From NCBI GenBank assembly GCA_965207225.1, contig CBDBLV010000005.1, positions 512,001 to 576,000 on the forward strand: a DNA stretch of 64,000 nt. Reading direction: 5' to 3'. The notes under the pieces were generated by a model that saw only the letters and a list, made by a program, of their open reading frames with translations, was not told the origin of the DNA and searched no databases. Numbering within the stretch: position 1 is the stretch's first letter; the number at the start of each line of letters is the position of its first letter. The position numbers were made by a program, and so were the translations under genes. Shown here piece by piece: positions 27,863 to 37,974 of this stretch. This DNA comes from Dehalococcoidia bacterium (GTDB lineage Bacteria > Chloroflexota > Dehalococcoidia > Plut-88900).

Positions 27863-29467
27863 TTGGCTCCAGGCCTAATCAGGAAGACGCTCCTACCCGC
27901 CCTTCTTCTCGCTTTCCTTTTCCTCCTCGCCAGTTGTGGCGACCAGTCCACCTTTGAAGTCAAAGGCGAAGTCGCCCAGCGTCAGTTGGAGCTCTTCTGG
28001 ATTATCTTCGCCCTCGCCGCCCTCGTCTTCGTAGTCGTCGAAGGTGCTCTCATATATAGCGCCTTCCGCTACCGCCGGCGCCCGGGCCAGGCGATTCCAA
28101 AACAGACCCACGGCCACACCAAGCTCGAAATCGCCTGGACCATCGCCCCCACAATCGTACTCATCGGTGTCGCAATCCCGACCCTGTTCGTCATCTTCAA
28201 CACCTCCTCTTCCAGCGACTACGACATCACCCTCAACGTCGTCGATGAAGTCGTTGACCCCTCCAACGAGGTCACCGTCGAACAGGCCCGATTTGTCGTT
28301 CCTGCCGCATCCGTCGGTGACGAAATAACCGTGCCCCGGATGCACATTACCGCTCGTGCACACCAGTGGTGGTGGGAGTTCCGCTATTCCGGTGACGAAA
28401 TAGAGACCGCCAACGAGCTTCACATCCCCGTCAACACCCGGGTAGACGTTGACCTCTTCTCCGACGACGTAATCCACAGCTTCTGGATTCCCAACCTCGC
28501 CGGCAAGCTCGACGTCGTGCCTACCGTTATAAACAAGACTTGGTTCATGGCCAGCGAACCGGGTATTTACGAAGGCCGCTGTGCCGAGTTCTGCGGCCTT
28601 GCCCACGCCGACATGAAGTTCGTCGTCATCGCCCACGAATGGGACGACTACGACCACTGGAAGTTGGCATACAACGCTCCTCCTCAGCAGCCCACCGGCG
28701 ATGCCCTTCTCGGCCAGGCCGTCTTCTTGAGCAAGGGTTGCGTCCTCTGCCACAACAAGGACTCCGCCACCACCCTGGAGGTGCGGGAACAGCAGAGAAA
28801 CCAGTTCATGGAGGGCAACAACGTTGTCCCGGGCCCGAACCTGAAGCACTTCGCCACCCGCACCACCATGGCCGCTGGAATCGCCCCTCTGACTCAATCA
28901 AACCTCGAGTCCTGGCTCAGCAACCCCGAGGAGTTCAAGCCCGGCAACCGTATGTCCGAGCTGGCCGCCGTCTACAACGACCCGACCCAGACCATGACCG
29001 ACGAAGAGGTCAAGCAGCTCACCGCATACCTCCTTACCCTCCGGCCCTCCGTCGAGGCCATGCCAACCCCCACCCCCGACCCCGCCTCCGTTCCCCCAAC
29101 TCCCACCCCGGACCCCTTCGCCCCAACCCCGACGCCCGCGCCCAGCCCCACACCCGTGGTGCTCCCACCGGGTGACGCTGCCCGCGGTGCCGAGGTCTTC
29201 CAGACCTCTACTCCCCTCACCTGCGTCACCTGCCACTCCCTCGACGGTTCCGTGGGACTGGGCCCCACTCAGCAGGGCATCGCAACTTTGGCCGGTACCC
29301 GCATCCCGGGTATGTCTGCCAGGGAGTACATAACCCAGTCCCTGCTCGACACCAACTCCTATATCGTCGAAGGCTTCCCGGCTGATCTCATGCCCCCCAA
29401 CTTCATCGAGACCATCGGCCCGCAGGGAGTAGCGGACGTTATCGAGTACCTTCTGACACTCAACTAG
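27863..29467 (+). CDS. coxB: cytochrome c oxidase subunit II with two fused cytochrome c domains
   Basis: Lipobox LASC; CuA ligands DVIHSFW and CAEFCGLAHADM; heme motifs CVLCH and CVTCH separated by a Pro/Thr linker. Confidence 0.95.
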   Translation: MAPGLIRKTLLPALLLAFLFLLASCGDQSTFEVKGEVAQRQLELFWIIFALAALVFVVVEGALIYSAFRYRRRPGQAIPKQTHGHTKLEIAWTIAPTIVLIGVAIPTLFVIFNTSSSSDYDITLNVVDEVVDPSNEVTVEQARFVVPAASVGDEITVPRMHITARAHQWWWEFRYSGDEIETANELHIPVNTRVDVDLFSDDVIHSFWIPNLAGKLDVVPTVINKTWFMASEPGIYEGRCAEFCGLAHADMKFVVIAHEWDDYDHWKLAYNAPPQQPTGDALLGQAVFLSKGCVLCHNKDSATTLEVREQQRNQFMEGNNVVPGPNLKHFATRTTMAAGIAPLTQSNLESWLSNPEEFKPGNRMSELAAVYNDPTQTMTDEEVKQLTAYLLTLRPSVEAMPTPTPDPASVPPTPTPDPFAPTPTPAPSPTPVVLPPGDAARGAEVFQTSTPLTCVTCHSLDGSVGLGPTQQGIATLAGTRIPGMSAREYITQSLLDTNSYIVEGFPADLMPPNFIETIGPQGVADVIEYLLTLN

Positions 29468-29530
29468 TTTTCTTGAGAGGCCTGTCGAAAGTTAATATAA
29501 TCTGAGTCCCGACCCACAAGAGGCTTCATT

Positions 29531-31417
29531 TTGGTAACCGTAGACAAGGTAATAGAGGGCGCAACCGCCAGGTCCAGGACACTTGACATTGCCTGGAGTT
29601 GGATCACCACCGTCGACCACAAGCGGATCGGCATCCTTTACCTCATCACCTCCATCATCTTCTTCTTCGGCGCCGGCATCGAAGCCCTCGTCATCCGCAC
29701 CCAGCTCGCCCGCCCCGACAGCACCCTGGTTGATCCCAGCACCTTCAACCAGATGTTCACCATGCACGCTCTCTCCATGATCTTCTTGGGCGTCATGCCC
29801 ATGAGTGTCGCCTTCTTCAACATTGTCGTACCCCTTGCCATCGGCGCCCGGGATGTTGCCTTCCCCAGGCTTAACGCCCTGAGCTACTGGGTCTTCCTCT
29901 TCGGCGGCCTGCTCCTCAACGGCGGCTTCATTTCCGGCCTCGGCTCCCCCGATACCGGGTGGTTCGCCTACGCCAACCTCACTGAGGAACCCTTCACCAA
30001 GGGCCAGGGCATGACCTTCTACGCCCTGGGACTCATCATTCTTGGAGTTTCCTCCCTGGCCGGTGCCTTTAACTTCGCCGTCACCATTATCAATATGCGC
30101 GCCCCCGGCATGTCCCTCATGCGGATGCCACCGTTCGTCTGGATGACCCTGGTAACATCGTTCCTCTTGATAACGGCCATGCCCGTAATAACGGTCGGCC
30201 TGATCCAGATCCTATTCGACAGGACCTTCGGCACCAACTTCTTCGATACCACCGCCGGTGGCAGCCCTGTTCTCTGGCAGCACGTCTTCTGGCTCTTCGG
30301 CCATCCGGAGGTGTACATCCTCATATTGCCTGCCATGGGCATAGTCTCGGAGATAATCCCTACCTTCTCCCGGAAGCCCCTGTTCGGCTACAAGTTCGTA
30401 ATCTTCTCCGGTATCGTCATCGGCTTCATGGGCTGGGGCGTCTGGAGCCACCACATGTTCACCGTTGGTCTTGGCAACGTGGCCAACTCGGTCTTTGCCA
30501 TTACCACCATGCTCATCGCAGTCCCGACCGGCGTGAAGATATTCAACTGGATGGGGACAATGTGGGGAGGCTCTATCCGCTTCTCCACGCCCATGCTGTT
30601 CGCCGTGGGCTTCGTCGCCATGTTCATACTTGGCGGGCTGAGCGGCGTCACCCACGCCTCACCCCCCGCCGACGCCCAGCAGCAGGACACCTACTACATC
30701 GTCGCCCATCTCCACTACGTCCTCTTCGGCGGCAGCATCATGGGCATCCTCGCAGGCATCTACTACTGGTTCCCCAAGATGACTGGCCGCATGCTCAACG
30801 ACAATCTGGGCAAGCTCCACTTCTGGCTCCTCATGCTTGGCGCTAACCTGACCTTCTTCCCCATGCACATCCTCGGCCTAGTGGGAATGCCACGCAGGGT
30901 CTACACCTACTCCGCCGTATCCGGCTTCGAAGCCTACAACCTCCTCCAGACCGTTGGGGCATTCATCCTCGCCGCTTCCTTCCTCATCTTCCTCCACAAC
31001 GTCTTCAGCTCCCTTAAGAAGGGTGAAAGGGCCGGCGCTGACCCGTGGGACGGACGTACCCTCGAATGGACCATCGCCTCCCCGCCCCCCCACTACAACT
31101 TCGTCGAAATTCCTACCGTCCACAGCCGCGAGCCGGCCTGGGATCTCAAGTACGGCCACGACTCCGAGGGCGCAGTCCCCATCGAAAGGTCCGACGCCCC
31201 AGGCGCCCAGCTCTACAACGAAGCTGAAGAGGAAGACCACCCCGAGATCCACATGCCCGACCCCTCGTACTGGCCCCTCGTGGTCGCCGTAGGATTCGGT
31301 ATTGCAGGTGCTCTCTTCGTCGTTGGCCCGTGGTTTAGCGCCATCGGCGTGGTCATAGCCGTCGTGGGCCTCTACGCCTGGGCCGCCGAGCCCGTATCCA
31401 AGGACGACCACCACTAA
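29531..31417 (+). CDS. coxA: cytochrome c oxidase subunit I (A1 type)
   Basis: TTVDHKRIG, FWLFGHPEVY, WSHHMF, VAHLHYV, GMPRR. Confidence 0.97.
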   Translation: MVTVDKVIEGATARSRTLDIAWSWITTVDHKRIGILYLITSIIFFFGAGIEALVIRTQLARPDSTLVDPSTFNQMFTMHALSMIFLGVMPMSVAFFNIVVPLAIGARDVAFPRLNALSYWVFLFGGLLLNGGFISGLGSPDTGWFAYANLTEEPFTKGQGMTFYALGLIILGVSSLAGAFNFAVTIINMRAPGMSLMRMPPFVWMTLVTSFLLITAMPVITVGLIQILFDRTFGTNFFDTTAGGSPVLWQHVFWLFGHPEVYILILPAMGIVSEIIPTFSRKPLFGYKFVIFSGIVIGFMGWGVWSHHMFTVGLGNVANSVFAITTMLIAVPTGVKIFNWMGTMWGGSIRFSTPMLFAVGFVAMFILGGLSGVTHASPPADAQQQDTYYIVAHLHYVLFGGSIMGILAGIYYWFPKMTGRMLNDNLGKLHFWLLMLGANLTFFPMHILGLVGMPRRVYTYSAVSGFEAYNLLQTVGAFILAASFLIFLHNVFSSLKKGERAGADPWDGRTLEWTIASPPPHYNFVEIPTVHSREPAWDLKYGHDSEGAVPIERSDAPGAQLYNEAEEEDHPEIHMPDPSYWPLVVAVGFGIAGALFVVGPWFSAIGVVIAVVGLYAWAAEPVSKDDHH

Positions 31418-31442
31418 TCAGGAAACCTAACGGAGAACCCTT

Positions 31443-32126
31443 TTGGCCCAGGTAGCTGCAACCCATCATCCCGAAGAGCACCCCACAAACACCGGGCTTG
31501 ACAACCGCAAGCTTGCAATGTGGGCCTTCCTCGGCTCCGAGTGCCTCTTCTTCGGCACCTTCATCTCCACCTACCTGGTCTACCGCAACCAGAGCCTCGT
31601 TGGCCCCTACCCCGCCGACGTAATAGACGTCCCGGTAACCACGGTCAGTACCTTCGTACTGCTCATGAGCAGCTTTATGATGGTGATGACCCTCTACTCC
31701 ATCAGGAGAGGCGACAACAGAGGCTTCCGCGTTTGGGTTCTCGGTACTGCCTTGCTCGGCTCTGTCTTCTTGGGCTTCCAGGTCTTCGAGTTCCGGGAGT
31801 TCTACGTCCACTACGGCCTGTCCCCGACGACCAACCTGTTCGGCACTAGTTTCTTCATATTGACAGGCTTCCACGGTGCCCACGTCACCGGCGGCGTGAT
31901 ATGGCTCGTGTCCCTATTCGGCCAGAACCTCAACGGCTCCCTTACCCAGAAAGACTCCCTCAGAGTCGAGATTGCCGGTCTCTACTGGCACTTTGTAGAC
32001 ATCGTCTGGATCATCATCTTCACCCTCGTCTACCTCCTCGGCGCCAACGACGCCCCAGCCGGTACTGAAGCCTCTGATGGCCACGCCATGTTCTCCCAAC
32101 TGGTCTCCCATGTCCCCTTCGTATAG
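31443..32126 (+). CDS. coxC: cytochrome c oxidase subunit III
   Basis: FLGSECLFF, TGFHGAHV, LYWHFVDIVW. Confidence 0.95.
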   Translation: MAQVAATHHPEEHPTNTGLDNRKLAMWAFLGSECLFFGTFISTYLVYRNQSLVGPYPADVIDVPVTTVSTFVLLMSSFMMVMTLYSIRRGDNRGFRVWVLGTALLGSVFLGFQVFEFREFYVHYGLSPTTNLFGTSFFILTGFHGAHVTGGVIWLVSLFGQNLNGSLTQKDSLRVEIAGLYWHFVDIVWIIIFTLVYLLGANDAPAGTEASDGHAMFSQLVSHVPFV

Positions 32127-32161
32127 GAACGCTGAGTACGCCATAACGTAGAGCCAAGCGA

Positions 32162-32497
32162 ATGCAGGACGACGCCCTCAAAACCGCCGACGCCCCCGCC
32201 CACTCCCCCGAGGAGGAAGGCCATCACCCTACCATTCGGGGTTACATTACGATCGCCATCATCCTTGGCATCATCACCCTCATCGAGTTTGGCGTCTTTT
32301 ACCTCGAATTCAACAGGCTCCTCTTCATACTCGTCTTCATTGTCCTTTCCGGCGTGAAGTTCGCCATCGTCATCATGTACTACATGCACTTGAAGTTTGA
32401 TGACATCCTGTTCTCCCGCCTCTTTTTGGGAGGCTTGGCCCTTGCCGCCGCGGCTCTCTTCGCGCTCCTCGCCCTCTTCCAACTTCTGGGCACTTAG
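32162..32497 (+). CDS. coxD: cytochrome c oxidase subunit IV
   Basis: Three TM helices, YYMHLKFD motif, operon position. Confidence 0.88.
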   Translation: MQDDALKTADAPAHSPEEEGHHPTIRGYITIAIILGIITLIEFGVFYLEFNRLLFILVFIVLSGVKFAIVIMYYMHLKFDDILFSRLFLGGLALAAAALFALLALFQLLGT

Positions 32498-32552
32498 GCT
32501 ACGCTTTGTAGTGTGCCCTTTGGCCTCCCGCTCTTGACTCCCGAGGTGATTC

Positions 32553-33398
32553 TTGCCGGTTGAAGTCGATTTCACCCCCGAGTTTTCATGGCTCGACTGG
32601 GGCGGCGATATCAGCGTCGTCGCCGCCGTTTTCTTCCTCGAAGTCGTCTACCTCCTCTCCGTCGGCCCCCTCCGACACCGCTTTCCCGGCTCCTCCGATG
32701 TCCCCACCCGACGAATAGTCCTCTTCACCGTCGGCCTCTGGTCCATCTTCTTCGCTCTCTACTCCCCCCTCGACCCCCTCTCCGATTACTACCTCTTCAG
32801 CGCCCACATGATTCAGCACCTCTTCTTGGTGCTGGTGGGGCCCCCATTGATGCTCCTCGGCACGCCCGGATGGATGCTGAGACCCATCCTTCAGCTTCCC
32901 GGAGTCTACCCGGTCGTGAAAGTCCTCACCTTCCCCGTCCTCGCCGCCCTCCTCTTCAACGTCGTCTTTGCCATCTGGCACGTCCCCGCCGTCTACGAAG
33001 CCGGCCTCAACAGCATCACCGTCCACATCATCCAGCACCTCACCTTCATCGCCACCGGAGTCATCATGTGGTGGCCCGTCCTCAGCCCCATGAAAGAGCT
33101 CCCCCGACTCCCCTACGGTGCCCAGGTCCTCTATATGTTCATCCTCTCCATACCCCCGGCTATCGTTGGCGCCCTCATCACCTTCGCCGATGGCACCCTC
33201 TACGAGACCTACGCCAACGCCCCCGAGATCTGGGGTATCTCCACTGCAGCAGACCAGCAGATCGGCGGAGTCATCATGAAGCTCCCGGGCTTCCTTATCT
33301 TCGTTACTGCCGCCGGCATCATCTTCTTCAACTGGGCTGCCAAGGAGGAGGAGAAAGACAGGATCGAAGCCGCCCGGCGCATGAAGGAAATGGGCTAG
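32553..33398 (+). CDS. ctaG: caa3-type cytochrome c oxidase assembly factor
   Basis: LFSAHMIQHL, WHVP..YE, DQQIGGVIMK. Confidence 0.9.
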   Translation: MPVEVDFTPEFSWLDWGGDISVVAAVFFLEVVYLLSVGPLRHRFPGSSDVPTRRIVLFTVGLWSIFFALYSPLDPLSDYYLFSAHMIQHLFLVLVGPPLMLLGTPGWMLRPILQLPGVYPVVKVLTFPVLAALLFNVVFAIWHVPAVYEAGLNSITVHIIQHLTFIATGVIMWWPVLSPMKELPRLPYGAQVLYMFILSIPPAIVGALITFADGTLYETYANAPEIWGISTAADQQIGGVIMKLPGFLIFVTAAGIIFFNWAAKEEEKDRIEAARRMKEMG

Positions 33399-33408
33399 AC
33401 TACCCCGC

Positions 33409-34236
33409 ATGACTCAGGTCACGGACATAGTCTCCGCTTCGGGGACTAGGCCCGTGTTCATGTGCGACTTCTCCCCGCCCCGCAACCCCTCCCCCAACTG
33501 GCCCATCGAGACCTCCGCCCTCGCACCCGACATCTTCAGCGTCCCCTACCTCGCACCCCACCCCACCCGCCCCGACCCCGTTACCGCCTCCCACCTCATC
33601 CATGACCGCACCGGTACCGAGGTCGCCTTCAACCTCGCCACCAGGGACACCAGCAAATCGAAGCTCCTCGAAAAACTCGCCCGCTCGCGAGACCTCGGCC
33701 TCGAAAACCTGGTCGTCCTGCAAGGAGACGCCGACCGCGGGGTCGCTGACTCTGCCGACACCGAACGCTTTACACCCACCGAACTTATCCGAGAGTTGAA
33801 GAGGCCGTGCTGGGATTTCTGTGTAGGCGCCGTCGCCGACCTCTCCAAAGGCGTTGAAAAAGAAACTGAACTCGCCCGACTCAAGATTGACTCCGGTGCC
33901 GACTTCCTCCTCATTCAACCCACCTTCGATTTTGGGGCGGCTGAAGACATCCTATCTCACCTCGGCCCTTCCGTCCCCTTATTCTTTGGCATCCAGGTCC
34001 TCGTTAAGGGCGGCATCTCCTTCACCCCCACCCCCGACTCCCTGAGCCATCGCATTGACTACGAAGGCGCAGGCGTAGAGATAGCCGTCGAGACCATACG
34101 AAAATTCCTCGGACTGGGCATCCGCTGCGTCTACCTAATACCACCCATCTACCCCGGCGGTGCCCGTGACTACCGTATGGCCCGCCAGGTAATGGACTCC
34201 TTCACCCCCCGGCCCACCCCCGACTCCGCTGTATAA
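33409..34236 (+). CDS. methylenetetrahydrofolate reductase-like flavoprotein
   Basis: DFSPPR, LATRD, VLQGD, KIDSGADFLLIQPTFD. Confidence 0.75.
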   Translation: MTQVTDIVSASGTRPVFMCDFSPPRNPSPNWPIETSALAPDIFSVPYLAPHPTRPDPVTASHLIHDRTGTEVAFNLATRDTSKSKLLEKLARSRDLGLENLVVLQGDADRGVADSADTERFTPTELIRELKRPCWDFCVGAVADLSKGVEKETELARLKIDSGADFLLIQPTFDFGAAEDILSHLGPSVPLFFGIQVLVKGGISFTPTPDSLSHRIDYEGAGVEIAVETIRKFLGLGIRCVYLIPPIYPGGARDYRMARQVMDSFTPRPTPDSAV

Positions 34237-34272
34237 TGCTTACACAGCCGAAACCGCTCAAGGAGGACCATC

Positions 34273-34653
34273 ATGCCCATCGAGAGAGTTAACCCGGACA
34301 ATGTCTACCACCTGAAGGGCCTCAGCGCCACGGTCAAGATTGGCAATACCGTCCACATCTCAGGCCAGATTGCCCTGGATAACGACATGAACACCGTCGG
34401 CGATGATGCTGCCACCCAGCTTAAGCAGATCTACAAGAACCTCGACGACCTTTGCCGTGCCCACGGCGGCAGCCTCGCCAACATGGTCAAGACAATCACC
34501 TACATCACTGACCTTGACCAGTACGCCGCCGTCAGCGCCGCCCGGGAAGAAACCTACGGTGACAACCCTCCCGCCAACTCCACCATCGTTGTCTCCGCCC
34601 TCGCCAGGCCCGAGTGGCTCGTCGAGATCGAAGGCATCGCCTACATCGAATAG
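34273..34653 (+). CDS. RidA family protein
   Basis: ISGQIA, PPANSTIVVSALARPEWLVEIE. Confidence 0.9.
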   Translation: MPIERVNPDNVYHLKGLSATVKIGNTVHISGQIALDNDMNTVGDDAATQLKQIYKNLDDLCRAHGGSLANMVKTITYITDLDQYAAVSAAREETYGDNPPANSTIVVSALARPEWLVEIEGIAYIE

Positions 34654-34661
34654 GGATCCTC

Positions 34662-35081
34662 ATGCTCTCCGACAACGTCAGGCAGTTCCTGGCCAATAAC
34701 CATAACGCCGTCATCACCACCTACCGCATGAATGGCGCATCTCAAATGAGCATCGTCACCTGCGGCCTCTACGGTGACGGCGTGGCATTCACCGTTTCGG
34801 GGGTCCCGGCCAAACTCGCCAACCTCCGCCGGGACCCGAGGTGTTCAATCCTCGTCTCCCAGCCCGACTGGTGGGGCTACGTCGTTCTCCAGGGCACGGC
34901 CCGGCTCTACTCCCCCGGCCGCACCGCCCCCGAGGAGCTCAGGCAAGTCCTTCGCGACGTCTATGTCGCCGCCGCGGGCCAACAACACCCCGACTGGGAT
35001 GACTACGACCGCGCCGTTGCCGCCGACTCCCGCAGTGCCATCGTCGTAGTCCCTGAGACCGAGTTCATGCAAATCCTCTAG
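34662..35081 (+). CDS. PPOX-class (probably F420-dependent) oxidoreductase
   Basis: KLANLRRDPR, YVVLQG.A, HPDWDDY. Confidence 0.85.
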   Translation: MLSDNVRQFLANNHNAVITTYRMNGASQMSIVTCGLYGDGVAFTVSGVPAKLANLRRDPRCSILVSQPDWWGYVVLQGTARLYSPGRTAPEELRQVLRDVYVAAAGQQHPDWDDYDRAVAADSRSAIVVVPETEFMQIL

Positions 35082-35107
35082 CTTCCTCCAAAGTCCCCTG
35101 TAAATTC

Positions 35108-35137
35108 ACCAGCCCCGAGAACTCTCTCGGGGCTGGT
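35108..35137. terminator. hairpin between convergent genes
   Basis: ACCAGCCCCGAGA-ACTC-TCTCGGGGCTGGT, 13-bp perfect stem. Confidence 0.7.
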
Positions 35138-35175
35138 TGTATGGACATATTCAGTTGTGATTTTGGGACGACGGA

Positions 35176-35847
35176 CTAGGCCTGCGCCATCTCCGCTTCC
35201 TGCTTCTGGTTCACCAGCGAAATGATGATGTGGATCGCTTCCCGAAGGCTGATCTTCCGGGTGTTGATCACCAGGTCATAGTGCTCCATGTCCTCGAAGT
35301 CGGCCTTAAAATACTTCTTGATGTAGGCCTTGTGGGCCTTGTCCATCTCCTCCACCTTCGCTTCTGCATCCTCACGGGAGATGTGGAAGTAGTCCATGAC
35401 CCTCGGGATGCGCACCTCCAGCGGCGCGTGCAGGAAGATGTGCAGCGAACCCGGGTGGTCCTTCAGCACTAGCTGCGCCCCCCGACTCACCAGCACGACA
35501 CTCTCGCCTTCCGCCAGGTCGTGTATCACCGACTCCAGCGCGTTTGCGTACTTTTCCTCCGTGAGCACGTCGCCCGTCGGCACGTAGTGAGGCCCGAGAT
35601 CGAACGGCGCCACCGGCCCGGCAGAGATCTGCTCGAATGCCCTGCCCAGCTCCTTCGCTATCCGTCCTCTCAGTCCCCACGGCACGTGGTCTATGTCCGC
35701 CACCTCTTCCACGGAGGTGTCCAGGTGACGCGCCACTTCGCTTAGAATCTGTCGGTCCACGTAGCGCACGTTCATCACGCGCGCCACTTCAGGCGCGATT
35801 ATGTACGCGCCGCTTCCAATTAGTCCTCGGATCGTTATAGCCGGCAT
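35176..35847 (-). CDS. cytidylate kinase-like family protein
   Basis: ITI...GSGA, VLVSRGAQ, HIFLHAP...RI, YDLVINT. Confidence 0.85.
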   Translation of the reverse strand: MPAITIRGLIGSGAYIIAPEVARVMNVRYVDRQILSEVARHLDTSVEEVADIDHVPWGLRGRIAKELGRAFEQISAGPVAPFDLGPHYVPTGDVLTEEKYANALESVIHDLAEGESVVLVSRGAQLVLKDHPGSLHIFLHAPLEVRIPRVMDYFHISREDAEAKVEEMDKAHKAYIKKYFKADFEDMEHYDLVINTRKISLREAIHIIISLVNQKQEAEMAQA

Positions 35848-35979
35848 CTTACCCTCCTACCCCTGATTTCCTCCAAAGAGTCCCTTTTCTTGGGCTGTGG
35901 GGCCCTCCGCCACCTACACAGGTAGTGTTTCGGCTGGGGGTTATAATTCTATCATACTTCGCGTGGGGAGGTATCCCTT

Positions 35980-36732
35980 CTGGGCTTCCTGGACTTCGTC
36001 CTAAATAGGTTCCGTCGCCCCCCTCCCCCCCCGCCCGAGACCCCCGTACTCAACCGCAACGTCGTAGTCCTTCTAATCTATCCCGACGACCTTGACCGTG
36101 AACCTGTAGGTAGTCCCATTCCCGTTGGGGCGGATACCTACTACATGACTTGGCCCATCAGGATTCCCGACGAACGGCTATTGACCTCAATTTACACCGC
36201 GAGGGCGTGGCTCAACGATGTTCTTGGTATCGAATTACCCTGGTACGCCTTGGAACGCCTCGATTCCCGTTTTTCAATCTCTGAATGGCGTGAGCAGGGT
36301 ATCGAAGCACTGAAACGCGAACTCCTGGAGAGGCACAAGCCCCTAAACAGGGAATACGTCTATCTGGGCCTCGTGAGGGGAATGGGGGGCTACGCGGGCG
36401 GCCTTTCCTACACTGAGTCGACCCCCGGCTACGCCATGCTCGGCGACATCTGCATCGAGGCCCTCTGCTCCTACCCCGCCCCTAACGCCGCCTCCGCCCT
36501 CCTCGGCGACTCCTGGCCCGACAACGCCCGCTCCCGCACCGGCCAGACCGCTGCCCTCCTCCACGAAGTCCTCCACGCCCTCGGCCTCCCCCACCCCGAC
36601 TCTTGGCCTCCCGCCCAGCGCCCCAACTGGTCCGACACCATCATGGGCTACTGGTGGAACATGCCCCGTTTCGCCCGCACCAAGGGCCTCACCGGCAGAG
36701 AAATCGAACGCGTCCTCAAGTGGCTCCACTGA
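35980..36732 (+). CDS. metzincin-type zinc metalloprotease
   Basis: HEVLHALGLPH and Met-turn TIMG. Frame is open to CTG at 35980 behind a GGGAGG SD; the ORF track starts it at 36145. Confidence 0.7.
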   Translation: MGFLDFVLNRFRRPPPPPPETPVLNRNVVVLLIYPDDLDREPVGSPIPVGADTYYMTWPIRIPDERLLTSIYTARAWLNDVLGIELPWYALERLDSRFSISEWREQGIEALKRELLERHKPLNREYVYLGLVRGMGGYAGGLSYTESTPGYAMLGDICIEALCSYPAPNAASALLGDSWPDNARSRTGQTAALLHEVLHALGLPHPDSWPPAQRPNWSDTIMGYWWNMPRFARTKGLTGREIERVLKWLH

Positions 36733-36769
36733 GAAAATCTAGTGCCTAACCCCCCGACTCCCCTTTTCC

Positions 36770-37017
36770 CATTCCGAAGCCCCGCGAGGAATCGCAGGCA
36801 CCCTTTCCCTCAACCCATACCGTCATTCCCGACTCCGATCGGGAATCCACCCCCGGGGCTGGGCCGAGGGAAGAAGTACTACCCCCTCTCCCGTCGAGGG
36901 AGAGGGTTGGGGTGAGGGTGAGGGTGAGGGTGATCCCCTCCTCCAGCGCTGGGCTGCAACCACCAGCCAACGCCCATTACACTGTCATTCCGATGCCCCG
37001 CGAGGAATCTGGGGTGG
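36770..37017 (+). repeat. cluster of REP-like palindromes
   Basis: GTCATTCC-family copies at about 36770, 36822 and 36984, plus CCCTCTCCC-GTCGA-GGGAGAGGG followed by GGGTGA repeats. Confidence 0.8.
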
Positions 37018-37036
37018 TGTCCTATGTCCTCTCCCT

Positions 37037-37153
37037 AGTACTGAACTAGAGGGCCACGTGGGTGCGTAGCACCCACGTGGCCCTCTGTTCTTCTCTCCCC
37101 CTCTCCCTTATTGGCCCTAAGGGAGAGGGGGATGAAGGGGGTGAGGGTTCCCC
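37037..37153 (+). repeat. variable-stem double-hairpin repeat, copy 3
   Basis: Stem GAGGGCCACGTGGGTGC / GCACCCACGTGGCCCTC. Confidence 0.92.
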
Positions 37154-37275
37154 CTTCCCCCACCTTAAATGAACTAACGACTCTCCCGACTGCCAAGCCC
37201 GCGCATCGTATGGCGCGCCCCCCACCCCCGACCGTATAATGACCCCGACCCACCAATCCACCCTGGAGGCTTCAC

Positions 37276-37953
37276 TTGATACTCTCTTTCATCGGCGGGA
37301 CCGGCCCCGAGGGTCTCGGCCTCGCTTTCCGTTTCCTCCTCGCTGGCCACGATATCGTCATTGGCTCCCGCTCCGCCGAAAGAGCCTCGGGCGCCGCCGA
37401 TAAACTCACCGAAATGCTGGCCGCCGTCCCCGCTGACAAGATTGGCCCCAACGTCGGCAAGGCCTCCGGCCTGGAAAACGAGCCCGCCGTCGCCGCTGGC
37501 GACGTGGTCATCATCACCGTTCCTTTTTCCGGCCAGGCCGACATCCTCGCCGCCCTCCGCGAAGCCATCGGCGGCAAGCTCGTAGTCGACACCGTCGTTC
37601 CCGTCCTTTTCGCCAAGGGCAAGATCACCGCAATCCCCGTCGACGAGGGTTCAGCAGCCGAGCAGGCCCAGGCCGTCCTGCCCGACGCCACCGTCGTCTC
37701 TGCCTTCCAGAACCTCAGCGCCGAGACCCTCATGGACCACAACGAGACCATCGACTGCTCCGTCGTAGTCTGCGGCGGCAACAAGGAAGCCCGGGCCTCC
37801 GTTATGCAGCTCGCTGAGGACATAGAGGGCATCCACGCCGTCAACGGCGGAGGTCTCGCCAACTCCCGATACGTCGAAGACTTCACCACCCTTATCCTCA
37901 ACATCAACCGCATCTACAAGTCCCACGCATCCGTGAAGATAATCGGCCTCTAG
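37276..37953 (+). CDS. npdG: NADPH-dependent F420 reductase
   Basis: IGGTGPEGLGLA.RF, IGSR..ERA, SAAEQAQ, VSAFQN. Confidence 0.9.
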   Translation: MILSFIGGTGPEGLGLAFRFLLAGHDIVIGSRSAERASGAADKLTEMLAAVPADKIGPNVGKASGLENEPAVAAGDVVIITVPFSGQADILAALREAIGGKLVVDTVVPVLFAKGKITAIPVDEGSAAEQAQAVLPDATVVSAFQNLSAETLMDHNETIDCSVVVCGGNKEARASVMQLAEDIEGIHAVNGGGLANSRYVEDFTTLILNINRIYKSHASVKIIGL

Positions 37954-37974
37954 GGCCCTCCCCGGTCGACGAGC

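Noticed and set aside
29057-29170. Tandem-repeat-like C-rich tract
   Set aside because: It encodes the Pro/Thr linker of CoxB.
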